This document shows positions 48,216 through 59,231 of a stretch of DNA of 64,000 nt, piece after piece; the first letter of the stretch is position 1, and every line of letters starts with the position of its first letter. The notes beneath the pieces are model-generated. The model did not search any database and had not been told where the DNA came from. It saw only the letters and a list, made by a program, of their open reading frames with translations. This DNA comes from Candidatus Parcubacteria bacterium (GTDB lineage: Bacteria > Patescibacteriota > Patescibacteriia > Patescibacteriales > UBA12075): contig CAWHBO010000005.1 in the NCBI GenBank assembly GCA_963827735.1, positions 187,669-251,668 of the forward strand. The letters run 5' to 3'. The translations under genes and the position numbers were made by a program.

Positions 48216-48586
48216 ATGGGCGACCAAGCAAAGCTAGACGAGGAAGCACTTTTCATACGTGCCATCGAGGACATCGATGAGATGCACATTCGCCTGCTGG
48301 GGCGGCTCGCGGGAGGCGGGCGATGGGACGCCCCCCGAGAGCATCGTAAGGGGAGATCCCGGACTTGTCAGCGCTGGGCGTCGAGTCGCTATTGCGCACG
48401 CTAGAAGTGCATGGCATCGTCCGAACCCACCTTTCCGTCCCACCGGGGGGAGCCGTCCGCTCACTTGATCCGGTCGTATCACCACCCTCGGTGAACTCCT
48501 GCTCGGAAGGCTGGCTAACGACGGTCGAGGCCAGGCCTAGTCATGACCACTCTGATAAGGCAGCAGCTACGCCTCGGCCTCCGTGA
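48216..48586 (+). pseudogene. Hypothetical protein split over two frames (48216-48350, 48365-48586)
   Basis: MGDQAKLDEEALFIRAIEDIDEMHIRLLGRLAGG..., then after a frame change ...LSALGVESLLRTLEVHGIVRTHLSVPPGGAVRSLDPVV.... Confidence 0.3.
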
Positions 48587-49099
48587 CTGGCGAGACTTCA
48601 TCAGAAACAAGACCGTGGTGGGCCTCCTTGTCGCGCTCCTCGCAGTTGCCATCGGACTCGTCTTTAATCACAAGGTGTCTTACCTGGCATTGATCGCGTG
48701 GGGCGTGGTGGTAGCAGCGGGCCTGCTATTCGCTGTCATCCGGGCGCTCACGGGCTGGAACGGCGCAACTGGCGCCCGGCAGAGAACCCGATCAAATATC
48801 CCCCAGACAGCCCGCGATACCTCTACCTCTGTATCAACTTCAAAGGACCTATCGGGCTGCGTCTGTCAAGCAATCCACCCCTGTGGTCATGCGAGGTCCG
48901 GCACAAACATGGGTGGCCGTATCGGACGAACAAGATCTTCGGCGGCGGCCAGTTGCTGTCGTGCGACTTCCCCTCCAACTTCGGTACCGCACCTCCTTTG
49001 GCCTCTGGTCGTTATGTTGTCACGTTTTACGAGCAGCCACGCGGTCGGCGGCAGCGAATCATGCACTCGTATCAGATCAAGGTGCCTGCGGAGCCGTAG
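48543..49099 (+). pseudogene. Membrane-anchored hypothetical protein with a frame change near 48780
   Basis: N-terminal TM region (...VVGLLVALLAVAIGLVF...ALIAWGVVVAAGLLFAVIRALTGWNGATGA) in frame 0. W/Y/F-rich C-terminus (ENPIKYPPDSPRYLYLCINFKGPIGLRLSS...YVVTFYEQPRGRRQRIMHSYQIKVPAEP) in frame 2. Confidence 0.45.
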
Positions 49100-49236
49100 C
49101 TAGCTGTGGTCGCGTCCCCGAACGCCGCGCGGTCTCGTTCAGGCCGCGCTGCAGGAGTCGGACTACGTCGGCCAGGCTGAGACCGGCGGAGACTAGTGCG
49201 ACCCCCTCGGCGCCGGGGCTAATCAGGAACGGACGC

Positions 49237-49347
49237 TCTGCGTGCAAAACGAGGAATTCACTGTTTAGTTGTCAAGGCTCAAGCAGGCTGAGCTGCCGCT
49301 GAAGCCTGGCGATGCCGCCGCTGCAGACTCCGGCGGTCTTGCTAACA
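49237..49347. repeat. About 111-bp direct repeat, copy 1 (about 97% identical to 50557-50669)
   Basis: tctgcgtgcaaaacgaggaattcactgtttagttgtcaaggctcaagcaggctgagctgccgctgaagcctgg...gccgccgctgcagactccggcggtcttgctaaca. Confidence 0.85.
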
Positions 49348-49587
49348 CCTGAGTTGGGCCACGACTCGGCTCTCAGCGAGTCGTCAGCTGGCTGACCTGC
49401 GGTTTCGTTGTACGCGAAAGCTGAAGCTGTGCACTAATCCTGGTCCGGTAGTGTGAGCCCTGTCCCGGTGGGTGCAAGCGGTGCAGACCGTTTCGGGCGC
49501 TTCGGCTGGGCCCAACGGTCTGACCTCGTGGACTTGACGCGAGTCGGCCGCCGCGCGGCGCTTGAGTGATGTTGGAGGTAGGTAGGC

Positions 49588-50444
49588 ATGGCGAACCCGC
49601 ATTTCGCGAACCTTGGCGATGTCTGGAAGCACCTGTTGCTCACCGAGGTCATCCGCTGGCTGCGGCCCGCGCACTACGTCGAGACCCACGCCGGGTCGGC
49701 CATCTATGCGCTCTTCGACGACCTCGAGCGCGGCCTTGGCGCGGAGATGTTCCTCAGCGCGTCCTCGGAAATCGAGCCCTTGCGCAGCAGTCCCTACCGG
49801 CGGCATGTCCTGGAACTCGGTCGCGGCGCTGCGCCGTCGTACCCAGGTTCGGCGCTGCTGGCCATGATGCTGCTGGGCCACGCGTGCCGATATGTCTTTT
49901 GCGACACCGACCCGTCAAGCGTCGCCGGACCTCGAGCCGCGCGCGAACGGCTTGGGCTGCGGGACGAGGTCCGGGTGATCCACGGCGATGGCATCGCGGA
50001 GACAACGGCGCTATTGCATTCCCATAGCATTGGCGCGGCCAGCCTGGTGCACGTTGACCCGTTTGATTTCCGTGCGGCTGGGCGCGGCGTCCTCAGCGCG
50101 TTCGAGTTAGTCACGTCGCTCGCTGCTGCCAGCATCCGACGTTCGCCTGGTACGGGCTGACAGCGCGATCAGCCGCGCACGAGCTGTTCGATGAAGTGAC
50201 CTCCGCGGCGCCCGCTGCTGGGGCCTGGTGTGCCGAACTGCGTGTAGGCGGACAGCGAGCGAACGCGGCGGGCATCGGCTCGGGCTGCGGTGTCCTGTTC
50301 ACCGCCGGGGACCTGGCTGGGGTCGAGTCGATGCGGCGAGCCGCCGACGCCTACGTCCGCGCATTCAACGAGCACGGTGTCGCCGCCGATGCCGGCGTCG
50401 ACGTGACGGCCAGCTTCGTCCTATCCCCATCCGGCACCAGCTGA
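49588..50444 (+). pseudogene. RlmJ-like (DUF519, 23S rRNA m6A2030 methyltransferase family) protein, frameshifted near 50150-50200
   Basis: FANLGDVWKHLLL, YVETHAGSAIY, SYPGSALLAMMLL and LVHVDPFDF match RlmJ N-terminal and central motifs. The C-terminal segment (...GIGSGCGVLFTAGDLAG...) is in another frame. Confidence 0.5.
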
Positions 50445-50556
50445 GGACAGTCGTGCCAGCCGCACCGCAGCAATTTCGGCGCGCTGGCTGCGCACCACTG
50501 TCACCGAAGTCAGGTCACGGCCGAAGGAGGTGTGCACTAACTTGGCCCAACTCAGG

Positions 50557-50669
50557 TCTGCGTGCAAAACGAGGAATTCACTGTTTAGTTGTCAAGGCTC
50601 AAGCAGGCTGAGCTGCCGCTGAAGCCTGGTCGCATGCCGCCGCTGCAGACTCCGGCGGTCTTGCTAACA
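50557..50669. repeat. About 111-bp direct repeat, copy 2
   Basis: Same sequence as 49237-49347, with a 2-nt indel after cctgg. Confidence 0.85.
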
Positions 50670-50774
50670 GACTGCTAACTACGGTTATGGATCCCTGCCG
50701 TCAGGCCTGGTCAGTCAGATTGCGCAGCGCGACATATTTGGCCGGTCAGATGGCCGAAGGTGGACCGACTTTGA

Positions 50775-50826
50775 CCCGCAAAGCCTCCTGAAAAGCGGAA
50801 GGTCGGCGGTTCGATCCCGCCCCTGA
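50775..50826 (+). other. tRNA 3'-fragment-like element (T-arm GGCGG-TTCGATC-CCGCC, GAA-anticodon-loop-like ctgaaaa). Related copies at 55665-55720 and, partially, 47185-47215
   Basis: cctcctgaaaagcggaaggtcggcggttcgatcccgcccctgacca. The upstream sequence cannot form D and acceptor arms. Confidence 0.45.
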
Positions 50827-51209
50827 CCACGCGCTGACCTGGGCAAACGCGCTTCTGGAGATCGTTCGCCGGCGGCGTGTCGCATTTCTAGTCTCAGTGA
50901 GCAGCCCTGAATCGCATGCCGCCGCGCGAATAACAGCAGGTCCGAAGGCTTGCAAGGTCGGCAAAGCTGCCCCTCGTCCGCTCCGAAAGCGGACGGCTCG
51001 GCGTGCACCCGCGTACATAGGCGTCTGCATGGGCACGTCGTGGTTGAAGTGCACTTGCTGCCACCGGCGGCTCTCCGGGTCGCAGCCGGGCGGAGCGGCC
51101 ACCCCCCGCACCCGGTCACGTCGTGCTGCAAGGTGGCCAGGACCAGGCTGGTCGCGGTCAGCGCCACCCCGGTCTGGACGGCCGACGATTCCCGACGGCG
51201 ATCGTCAGG

Positions 51210-51796
51210 ATGCCGCTGCGGCTGAAGGCGGCCCAGCCCGACACGGAAAGCGCGTTGCCACCGAGCCGTTCACCGCCAGCACGCCCGCCCCGCCCGCGGT
51301 CGTGGCCGCGCCATGCACGCCGTTCCCGCTGCCCGTCCAGCAGCCGTACGACATCCAGCGGCCGCAGCCGCAGCCGACCGACCCGCTCACCCAGGCGGTC
51401 GCCGAGCCGTTCGACCTGGCCTACGAGGTGCTGCTCCAGGTGCTGACCCGGTTCTTCACCCACACCGATGAGACCGATGAGCAGCTGGACGCGCTGGTCA
51501 ACGCCGCGTTCGGCATCATGACCGGGCTCTTGAAACCGCTGGGCACCGCGCTGACCCGGCTGCCGATGGGGCCGGAGAGCCCCGATCACACGGCTGGCCC
51601 GTCGTTTCAGATGTTCTACCAGATGGGGAACTTCGTGCCGTGGCGCGAGGCGGCCTGGGTGCTGCTGGCCGAACGGGCGGCCGTGCTCGCCCCGCGAATG
51701 CGCCGGCTGGCGCCGCCCACGACCGTGGTCCCGCCGCAGCAGGCCAGCCCGCCACGGCCGCCGCCGGGATCGCGAAAGAGGTGGCCGGGCACGTAA
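51210..51796 (+). CDS. Hypothetical protein; the C-terminal 180 aa are strongly coding (...AEPFDLAYEVLLQVLTRFFTHTDETDEQLDALVNAAFGIMTGLL...SFQMFYQMGNFVPWREAAWVLLAERAAVLAP), and the N-terminus probably involves a frame change near 51250
   Basis: High GC3 from about 51240 to 51796 in frame 2. ATG 51210 is in frame 0. The antisense 286-aa ORF is an artefact. Confidence 0.4.
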
Positions 51797-53105
51797 CGCC
51801 GCGCGCGGCCCGCCTGAGGCAGCCGTCCCGGTAACGGGCGGCCGCCTATCGTCCAGCTCTGTGCCGAGGTGCGGGCTACATGACGACACTTCGCTCAGCT
51901 GGCACAGTCGGTCACGGTGCACGTCAGCGAGCCCACATTCACGGATGAGAGCGTCAACCGGAACCGCGTGATCTGGCGGGTTTTTGCTGCCAGTGGGCGA
52001 CGAGGACCTGGTAGGCACGCTCGGAGCGCTGGGCAGCGCGGCTTCCTCGTGTCGTCGCTGCTTGTCGTTGTATGCCGCGCCGGGCTGGCCGTAGTTGCTG
52101 CGGCGTGATGGTGCTCGCCGGCGGCGAGCTCGAGCTTGCGCCGTTTGTGGGTGACCAGGCCGGGCCGGGCCGTTGACACCCTCTAGATTGGTGGCCCATT
52201 CGGGGTGTACGGCGTGTCATCCGCGGCGGTCGCCGGCGTCGCTGTGGGCCGCTTTTGCTTTGCCGTATGACATTGTCAATCTCGGGGATCCAATGACAGA
52301 CCTGCAGTGTCTTCTTGCTTGCCCAAGTTCGGACGCGCCGACCGGTGCGCAGCACGCTGAGAGCTGCGGCGGCGAACAAGATCGCGGCGATCGCGGACGG
52401 CACGCTGAGAAGCCCCTGCTCGATCATGTGTACCAGCATTTTCCGCGGGCCTGGCGCATGCGGCCAGGTCGCCGCCGCTTGGTCGATGCCTTTTGGCCTA
52501 GTCGATAAAGGCCGGAACGCGTAACCTCAGGGCATGCTCGCCACCCGTCCGCCTGGGGAGCCTATCCCGCTGCCCCTTCCAGACGACGATGACGACGACG
52601 ATCACGGCAGCGGCGACAACGGCGATGACGACAACGACCAGAAGCACTAGCAGTTGCGAGAAGGACCGTGTGGGCGACCTATTTAAAGCTCTCTCAACTG
52701 GCTTCGCCAGGTTCGTCTTCGCCTGGGTGACGCCATCGCTGGTGACGGTCGGCATCTTCGCTGATCTTCCTCTGGCCGGACGTTGAGAGCACTAGACCCT
52801 TCAGGCCTATGTCCCATGTGACCAGCGAAGGTGCGGCCGCAGCGGCGATCATCTTCACGTTCTCGGTGATAGTGCTCGCAGTGGCTTTGCCTATGCTTCG
52901 CTACCGATTTACCGGATCCTCGAAGGCTATTCCTGCGGGATTCTTGCAGCGCCCTCTGTTGCGACGGCAATTGCGCGAGTTCGCCAAAGTGCGTGCGCTT
53001 GAGCGTCGCTACGCTACCACGGAAGGATGCCGACTGGAGTGACGATCGACGACTTCCGGCGCTTTCCGGAATCGGCGAATATCGTCCGGCCTACGAGGCT
53101 CGGGA

Positions 53106-53624
53106 ATGCTTCTGACTGCAATGGAGAGCTGGGCGAGTGAGCGCTATCGCCTCGACTCGCTCCTTATGTGGCACGAACTGCAGGGCGTTTCGCGCGACAG
53201 CGTACGCCGCGGTACCGATGAAGGGCGCGCTCCGGTCGATTTCTTCGTCAGTTCGATAGCGCACATGGCATTGCTCTTGATCGCTAGCCTCCTCATCGCA
53301 GCCCTAATGCCGCAAGCCAGGGTCCGTGCTGTGGTGATTGCAGCCACTGCGCTGCTCGTCATACCGGCGAGCTACCGCCTAGCGGTCAAAAACATGGTCG
53401 ACTGGGCCCAGAGTGTCAAGGCAATTGGTAAACCTGGGCAGGGCAGATCTGGCAGACGCACTGGGGCTGCGTATTCCCGCGAGGCTAGAAGACGAGCGAA
53501 GGATGTGGCTGCTGCATTATTGGGCCGTCGAACTGAACCAATCGAAGTACCGAGAGAGATACAACCGGTACCGGCGGCCGACGGCGGAAACACTACACGT
53601 GCACGGGAGTGGTGTATGGGGTAG
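53106..53624 (+). CDS. Hypothetical membrane protein in a lower-GC (about 58%) segment
   Basis: TM segment (FFVSSIAHMALLLIASLLIAALMP...VVIAATALLVIPASY). Confidence 0.3.
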   Translation: MLLTAMESWASERYRLDSLLMWHELQGVSRDSVRRGTDEGRAPVDFFVSSIAHMALLLIASLLIAALMPQARVRAVVIAATALLVIPASYRLAVKNMVDWAQSVKAIGKPGQGRSGRRTGAAYSREARRRAKDVAAALLGRRTEPIEVPREIQPVPAADGGNTTRAREWCMG

Positions 53625-56323
53625 TGGCTGATCCTACTGAGGCAGTCGCTTTGTGATTGCTTGAAGTGCTCAGACCGCAACGAAGGAAACCGAAATAGCG
53701 GCACGGACGGTGGCCGCCGAGGATTCCGCAATTCTAGGTGCAGGCTAACGTCGAGCACCCCGGTCGATCTGCAGCTATCCCGAAGGCCGGCGTTTAGGCG
53801 CTGCGTGCTTGCTGCTCGCCGTGCGGCGCGCAGGTCGCGATTTCGCGATATCTTCGCAGTCGGCCAGATCGGCTCTCGCATCGGGTCATTGTCGGAGAGG
53901 ATCCGGGAGAGCAGCCGCGGTGTCAGCGACGCCCGGATGAGGTCGCCAGCCTGCGTTGCCATAGGCGCGAGGTAGGGCTCGATGACGTCGAATTGACGGG
54001 ACAGTCGCGTCGACTCCTGCCCCGCGCGCCTGTGCCGCTCGCCGAGCAGAATTACCACGCAAGCTGCGGTCAGCGACATCATCCATGCAACCAGGTATGC
54101 AGAGAAAACCGGCCAGACCGAGGGCTGATGCTCAGCGCCCTGGTGGTTCAGCGAGCCTATCTGGACGAGCCCAGCTATCACGATGCCGAATGCCGAGACT
54201 ACGAGCACGGTAGCTACAGAGAAGTAGACGGTTGCGGCCCGCCGGTCGCGCTGAGCATCGCGGGCATATTCCGTTGCGACGTCGGCGAGTTTCGAGGCTT
54301 GCGCGGCTCATTGATTTGGGCCAGCGCTCGAGCAGGAGGAGGTCTGCGACTGCCGCGCGCTGAGGCTGGCAAGCAGTTGATCAGCGAGTACGTCCAGAGT
54401 CCGGAATTCGGGAACCGCAACGGGTGGCCGACCGGGCTCGGAAAGTACTGCAAGGTAATCAGCGCAGTTTGCGAGTTGCTCGTCGAGCGCTGAGAGCCGC
54501 TTGCTCCACGGCACGTCGAGTCTTGGCCCGAGCCTGGTGGACAGGTCGCTGACGACGTCACAGACGACGCTCAGCTTTTCCACAAGCTCGGATTGCCCTG
54601 CGGTGCTGATGATAAAAGAAGCGGTGAGTGAGCCCTGCAGCCGAGACGCAGAGGAGGCGAGGCTGCTGGCCCGGCCGGATGCCTGCATCGCACGTGACCT
54701 CACGCCCAAAGGTTACGTGCTGGCTATTCGCGAAGAAGGCTGACATGCCGGACGGGACCGCCTCCGGCTAGCCTGGGCTGACGTCAAACCCGTGATCTTG
54801 ACTCGTTGACGTCAATCCTGCGGGCCGACCGGTTCTCCAGCACTGAGCTCTGGCCGCGGCGCCCCCCATTACTCGATGTAAGCGCGCTCGGCAAGGGCAA
54901 GCGCATCGGTAGGGGCGGTCGTTGCCCGCGGCGTCAGAATCGGCACGCGCCGCGCGCGCTGCGGCCGCGCCCGGCGGCACCTCACAGATCGACCAGTTAA
55001 GTGCCGCCCAGGTGGCCACACCGTCGCCTTGGCGCTGAGTACCGAACGAGCCGTATTTGCGCGTCGAGCTGGGAGCCGCCGATCACGGCGCGGATGTCGG
55101 CGGGCTGCGGTTGGCCGTTCCGCCTGGCGCGCCGGCTGCGATCGGCGGACTTGCCGAGCCTCTGATGGCGGCGGCCGGCGGCTGGGGGCTGGCGGGCGGG
55201 CTGCTGGCATCCCGGGGGCGTCACGCGCCCGCTTCGGGCTCCGCGCGCGGTCGCCGCTCCGTCTGGCGAGCATGCCGCGGCTGGCGGAGGATGCGCGAGT
55301 CGTAGCTCGATCTCGACCTCGCGGCCTGCCTGGCGCTGGTCGGCTGCGAACCAGCGCGCCACCTGGTAATCGAACCACCCGAGCACCGCGCCGCTGCCGG
55401 CGTCGCGGACATACCAGCGGTAGCCTGGCTCTGGTTGTCTGCGGATCATGTACGTGTTCACGGCACCGGACCCTGGCTCCGCTTAGGGAGCCTGCCCGGG
55501 CGGCGCTCCAGCGTCCCCGGCTGGCGCGGTCCAGGTCCCCGGGACCGAGGGCGTAGTCTCATTTCTAGTCTCGTTTACCTGCGTACACGGGCGTCGATCA
55601 CGCAGTCCACGGCCAGCCGCTGAGCACGGCGAACGACCCAGCTCACCGGCCGTAGACGGTCATCCTTGCTCCTGAAAAGCGGAAGGCCGGCGGTTCGATC
55701 CGCCCCGCACCCACCTGTGACCTGCCATAACGCGCTGGATGATCTTTATGCACCACCAGAGGCTAGGGACGGGGAGTGAGCAGGCAGGACGACCTGGTTG
55801 GCCGCGTCTAGATGGCGATTCTCAATCCCAGAGGCGGAAGGTCGGAGACGCGATCCGAGCCCCGACCACCAGCTCAGAGGGCAATTGATCTTCGAGAAGA
55901 TCAAGTCTGATCCCAAAATGGTCCCACCGGTGCAGCGGGAGATGTCATATGCCTGAGCTGGCAGGCACCCGTCGCGGTCACGTCGGCCTCGATGATCCGG
56001 ACGCTGAGTCCGTCCACGCAGGACATGGCGGAACCGTCGGCAGGTGGGCGGCGACCTGCGGGTTGCGGCAACACGGGGCCGAGGCCAGCACCTTCGCCCC
56101 GGCACGGCTGATCTTGGCGAAGAACCCGGTGGCGAGCGAAGGCCCGGTCCAGCAGGACCAACATGCCCGGCTGCAGCTCCTGCGCTGTTGGGTCGCGTGG
56201 CCGCTCTTCCGGGACAGCTGGAGCGCAACGTCTTCGGTCGGCGTGTCCGAGCCGCGGCCGGCAGCCTGCAGGACGGCCTGCCGGTACCGTGCGAGCAGGC
56301 CTATCGCAGTCACGGAGGTCGAG

Positions 56324-56652
56324 ATGGCGACTAGGACAACCATCACGCTCGAAGACGACATCAACGGCGGTCCCGCAGAGGAGACTCTGCAGTTCCGCCT
56401 CGGCACCGCGGAATACGAGATTGACCTGAATGCCAAGAACGCCCGCAGGTTCCGCGCCCAGATGGCCCCGTTCATCGACCACGCCCGCAAAGCAGGCCGC
56501 AGACAGCGCCGGGGGCACGTCCCGCCTCCGCGCGTGAGCACAGCGCCGACATCCGGGCCTGGGCGAAAGCGCACGACATCCAGGTCAGCGACCGCGGGCG
56601 CATCCCGGCCAGTGTCATCGAACAGTACGAAACACGCACGACCGAGCGCTGA
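56324..56652 (+). pseudogene. lsr2: Lsr2-family nucleoid-associated protein, frameshifted in the Arg-rich linker
   Basis: N-terminus MATRTTITLEDDINGGPAEETLQFRLGTAEYEIDLNAKNARRFRAQMAPFIDHARKAG. C-terminal DNA-binding domain (IRAWAKAHDIQVSDRGRIPASVIEQYETRTTER) in the +1 frame. Confidence 0.65.
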
Positions 56653-57456
56653 CCGTTACCGATACCGACTTGACCACGAGATGTAACCTCGCTCGTCGAG
56701 CGGGCGACGGCCGGTGGCTCCTCCCTGCCGATTCTCTCGAGCGAACTTTGTGCGTCCACGACGTCGTTTCTCTCGGCGTGTCGGCTCGTCGTGGACCCGT
56801 TCTCTGGAGCCACGTCCTTGACGTGAGAAGCCGCGACTGTCCTTTCGTCGCTGCGCTTTTGACGTTCGAGGCCTTCGACAGGAGCTTGGTCATGGACATG
56901 TCCACGACGCAGAGTTGCCGGAACCCCTAGCGACCTCGCCGTGCGACTTCCTGCCGAATCTGTATTTAGGCTGTCGATCCGCTGCGAAATGGTTCGAGTA
57001 CAGAACGGCACTTCTGTGGGTGTTGCCGCGATGCGGATCCCGGCCAGCTGGTTGGACGGTTTGGCATCCGGATCCCGGCCGTTCTGAGTGCCCGGCGCGA
57101 CGAGGGGCCCCGCGAGCGGCCAGTCACCCAGCTGGCCGCGGGTTCCGCGCGGCCGACGTCGCGGGCTGCGGCGTGCCTGTCAGTGCCGGGCTTGCGGGGT
57201 GCTATCCGGCTTGGGTGACGAATCCCTGGCGGTGACCGGGACGGCCGCGGCAGGCCGGCCGCGGCGGCGCAGTGGCCCGCAGAGGGGCATGATAGCGAGC
57301 CGACCTCGGCGGACCCGCCCGCGTTTGGGCCCTGAGGCCGGGCACCGGGATCGCCGTGCCCCACCCGCCGTTCCGCTCGACGGCCACGAACCCCTGGCGG
57401 TGACGGGAGCGGTCGGTGTAGTACCCGCCGGCTCTGCCGCGCTGCCGCGCGCCAAG

Positions 57457-57752
57457 CCGAGGTCCATTTTTCGGGTCAGACAGTGCGATTCGGTTTCGAG
57501 GGCCCGACTACGAGATCGACCTGAGCACCACGAACGCCCGGGCCTTCCGGAACAAGCTCGCGCCGTTCATCGACCACGCCCGCAAGGCTGCCCGCGGGCG
57601 CACGCCTGCCTGCGCGGACATCGGCTGGCCGGCAGCGCAGCGGCGAAGTCCGGGCATGGGCCAACGACCACGGCATCACGGTGAACGCCCGCGGCCGGAT
57701 CCCGGCCAGCGTCTTGGAGCAGTACCGGGCCGCCACCGGCCAAGGACACTGA
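57457..57752 (+). pseudogene. lsr2: Second Lsr2 paralog, N-terminally degenerate and frameshifted
   Basis: ...VRFGFEGPDYEIDLSTTNARAFRNKLAPFIDHARKAA..., then in another frame VRAWANDHGITVNARGRIPASVLEQYRAATGQGH. Confidence 0.55.
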
Positions 57753-57958
57753 ACCGGCGAAGGCCGCCAGCTGTGCACACCACATCAAGTGCCGTCGACG
57801 AAGCGTGAGCTGACGCCGCACCTGCCGTCGCGGGTACCGCCGAGTATGAATGCCTACCGCGTTCATAGGTATTTATGGCAGCCGTCGCGCATAGCGACCA
57901 GTTACGTGCCGGTGCCCTGTGGTTGCTCCCGGCCCGGGTTCGCCGTAACCCGGCGACG

Positions 57959-59231
57959 TCACGGTGGGTTCGCGACTAGACCCACGGAGACGCTTGTGCC
58001 CACCGGCACCACGGTCCCGCCTCCAGGCGACTGATTGCCGACCCAGTTCCCAGAGCCGTGTGTCGTCATATGGAGTTGAGCGGCCTGGACTCGCTCCCGA
58101 GCAAGAGCGACGCTCAGGTCGATGAGGTCAGGAACGGTCGTTGTCAGCGGCGGCGGTGGCGGCGGCGCCTGGGGGTCGAGCAGTGTCCACGGTCCCCAGC
58201 CATTGCTGGCTACGGTTTGCCATTTGTGGTAGATATTCCCGTCGCCCGCCACCGCGAAGATTTCCAGGCGGCCGTCGCCATTTCTGGCGAGACCTGGCGC
58301 CGCGGCTATGAACCCGCCACCTTCGGCACCCTCATCTACCCAGTTAGACCAGCCGTTGCTGGCCGACGTTTGCCAGGCGTGATACATGTTGTGGTCGCCG
58401 CCCCTCAGGAACAGCTCCAGCCGCCCGTCCGCGCCTCGGAGCCACGACCGGATGGTCCAAGAAGCGCTCGTCGGGCGTCGAGGTCGCATCGAAGGAGTTC
58501 CAGCCTGACCAGGTCCCGACCGCGGTCTCCCACTGGTGGTAGAGCCGGTTGTCCTGGCCGCGCACGAACAGTTCGAGCCGCCCGTCAGCGCTTCTGGCAA
58601 GCGCGGGCCTGTCGACTAGAGCGACGCCGGGATTGCCGTACGCGTTCCAGCCGGAGTACGCACTGGACGGTGCTGTTTCGGCGGACATTCCACATGGAGC
58701 CGTGCGCGTCGATCGCGAAGACCTCGATCCGGCCGTCACCGCTGCAGGCGGCCGTGACAGGTCCGTAAAGCTCCGCGCCGCTCGGAGGTCCGTGGTCTTG
58801 CCAGCCCGACCAGCCGTTACTCCAGCCTCACCTGCCCGATCCGGTAGAGATGGCCGCTAGCCAGGAAGAGCTGAAGCCGACCGTCAGCGTCGGCGGCCAC
58901 CCCCGGTGCGTAGACACCGCCGCCAGGCACTGAGGGCAGTGCGGTCCACGCCGACCAGCCGTTGCTCCAGGCTGTCTGGGACGCATAGCTCAACTGCGAG
59001 ATCTCGTTCAGTACAGCCAGCGCGAGGGTCCCGTCGCCATTGGCTCCGACCGTCGCCGGCCGCCAGCTTCCCGGCAGACCCATGTCACACCAGCCGTACC
59101 AGTCGCTGCTGTTGCTCCACTGGGCCTGCCAGGCATGCCAGAGCCTGCCGGTCCTGCCGGCCGAACACAAACAGCTCCAGCCGACCGTCACCGCTGGGAG
59201 CGACGACGGGATCGCCATCGAATGGCTCCAT
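57959..59231 (-). pseudogene. Beta-propeller lectin-like (PLL/tectonin-type) repeat protein whose blades are distributed over three frames
   Basis: Repeated DGRLE(L/I)F..G.D...YH.WQT...GWS.W blades in ORFs 59085..59303, 58817..59218, 58344..58739 and 57959..58600 (all minus strand). Likely start MEPFDGDPVVAPSGDGRLELFVFG at about 59231. Confidence 0.5.

Noticed and set aside
47401-48249. 282-aa minus-strand ORF
   Set aside because: Only the 3'-most about 200 nt show strong GC3 and protein-like composition. The rest is Arg/Gln/His/Cys-rich and overlaps a more protein-like plus-strand ORF (47689..48204).
50740-50830. Intact tRNA-Phe-like gene (GGTTCGATCC T-loop, GAA anticodon-like loop)
   Set aside because: A candidate 5' acceptor strand (ggtcaga) is about 13 nt too far upstream and the D-stem does not pair. 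The anticodon stem is mismatched.
51158-52018. 286-aa minus-strand ORF
   Set aside because: Antisense to the strongly GC3-biased plus-strand gene 51240-51796. Arg/Gly/Pro-rich artefact typical of high-GC antisense frames.
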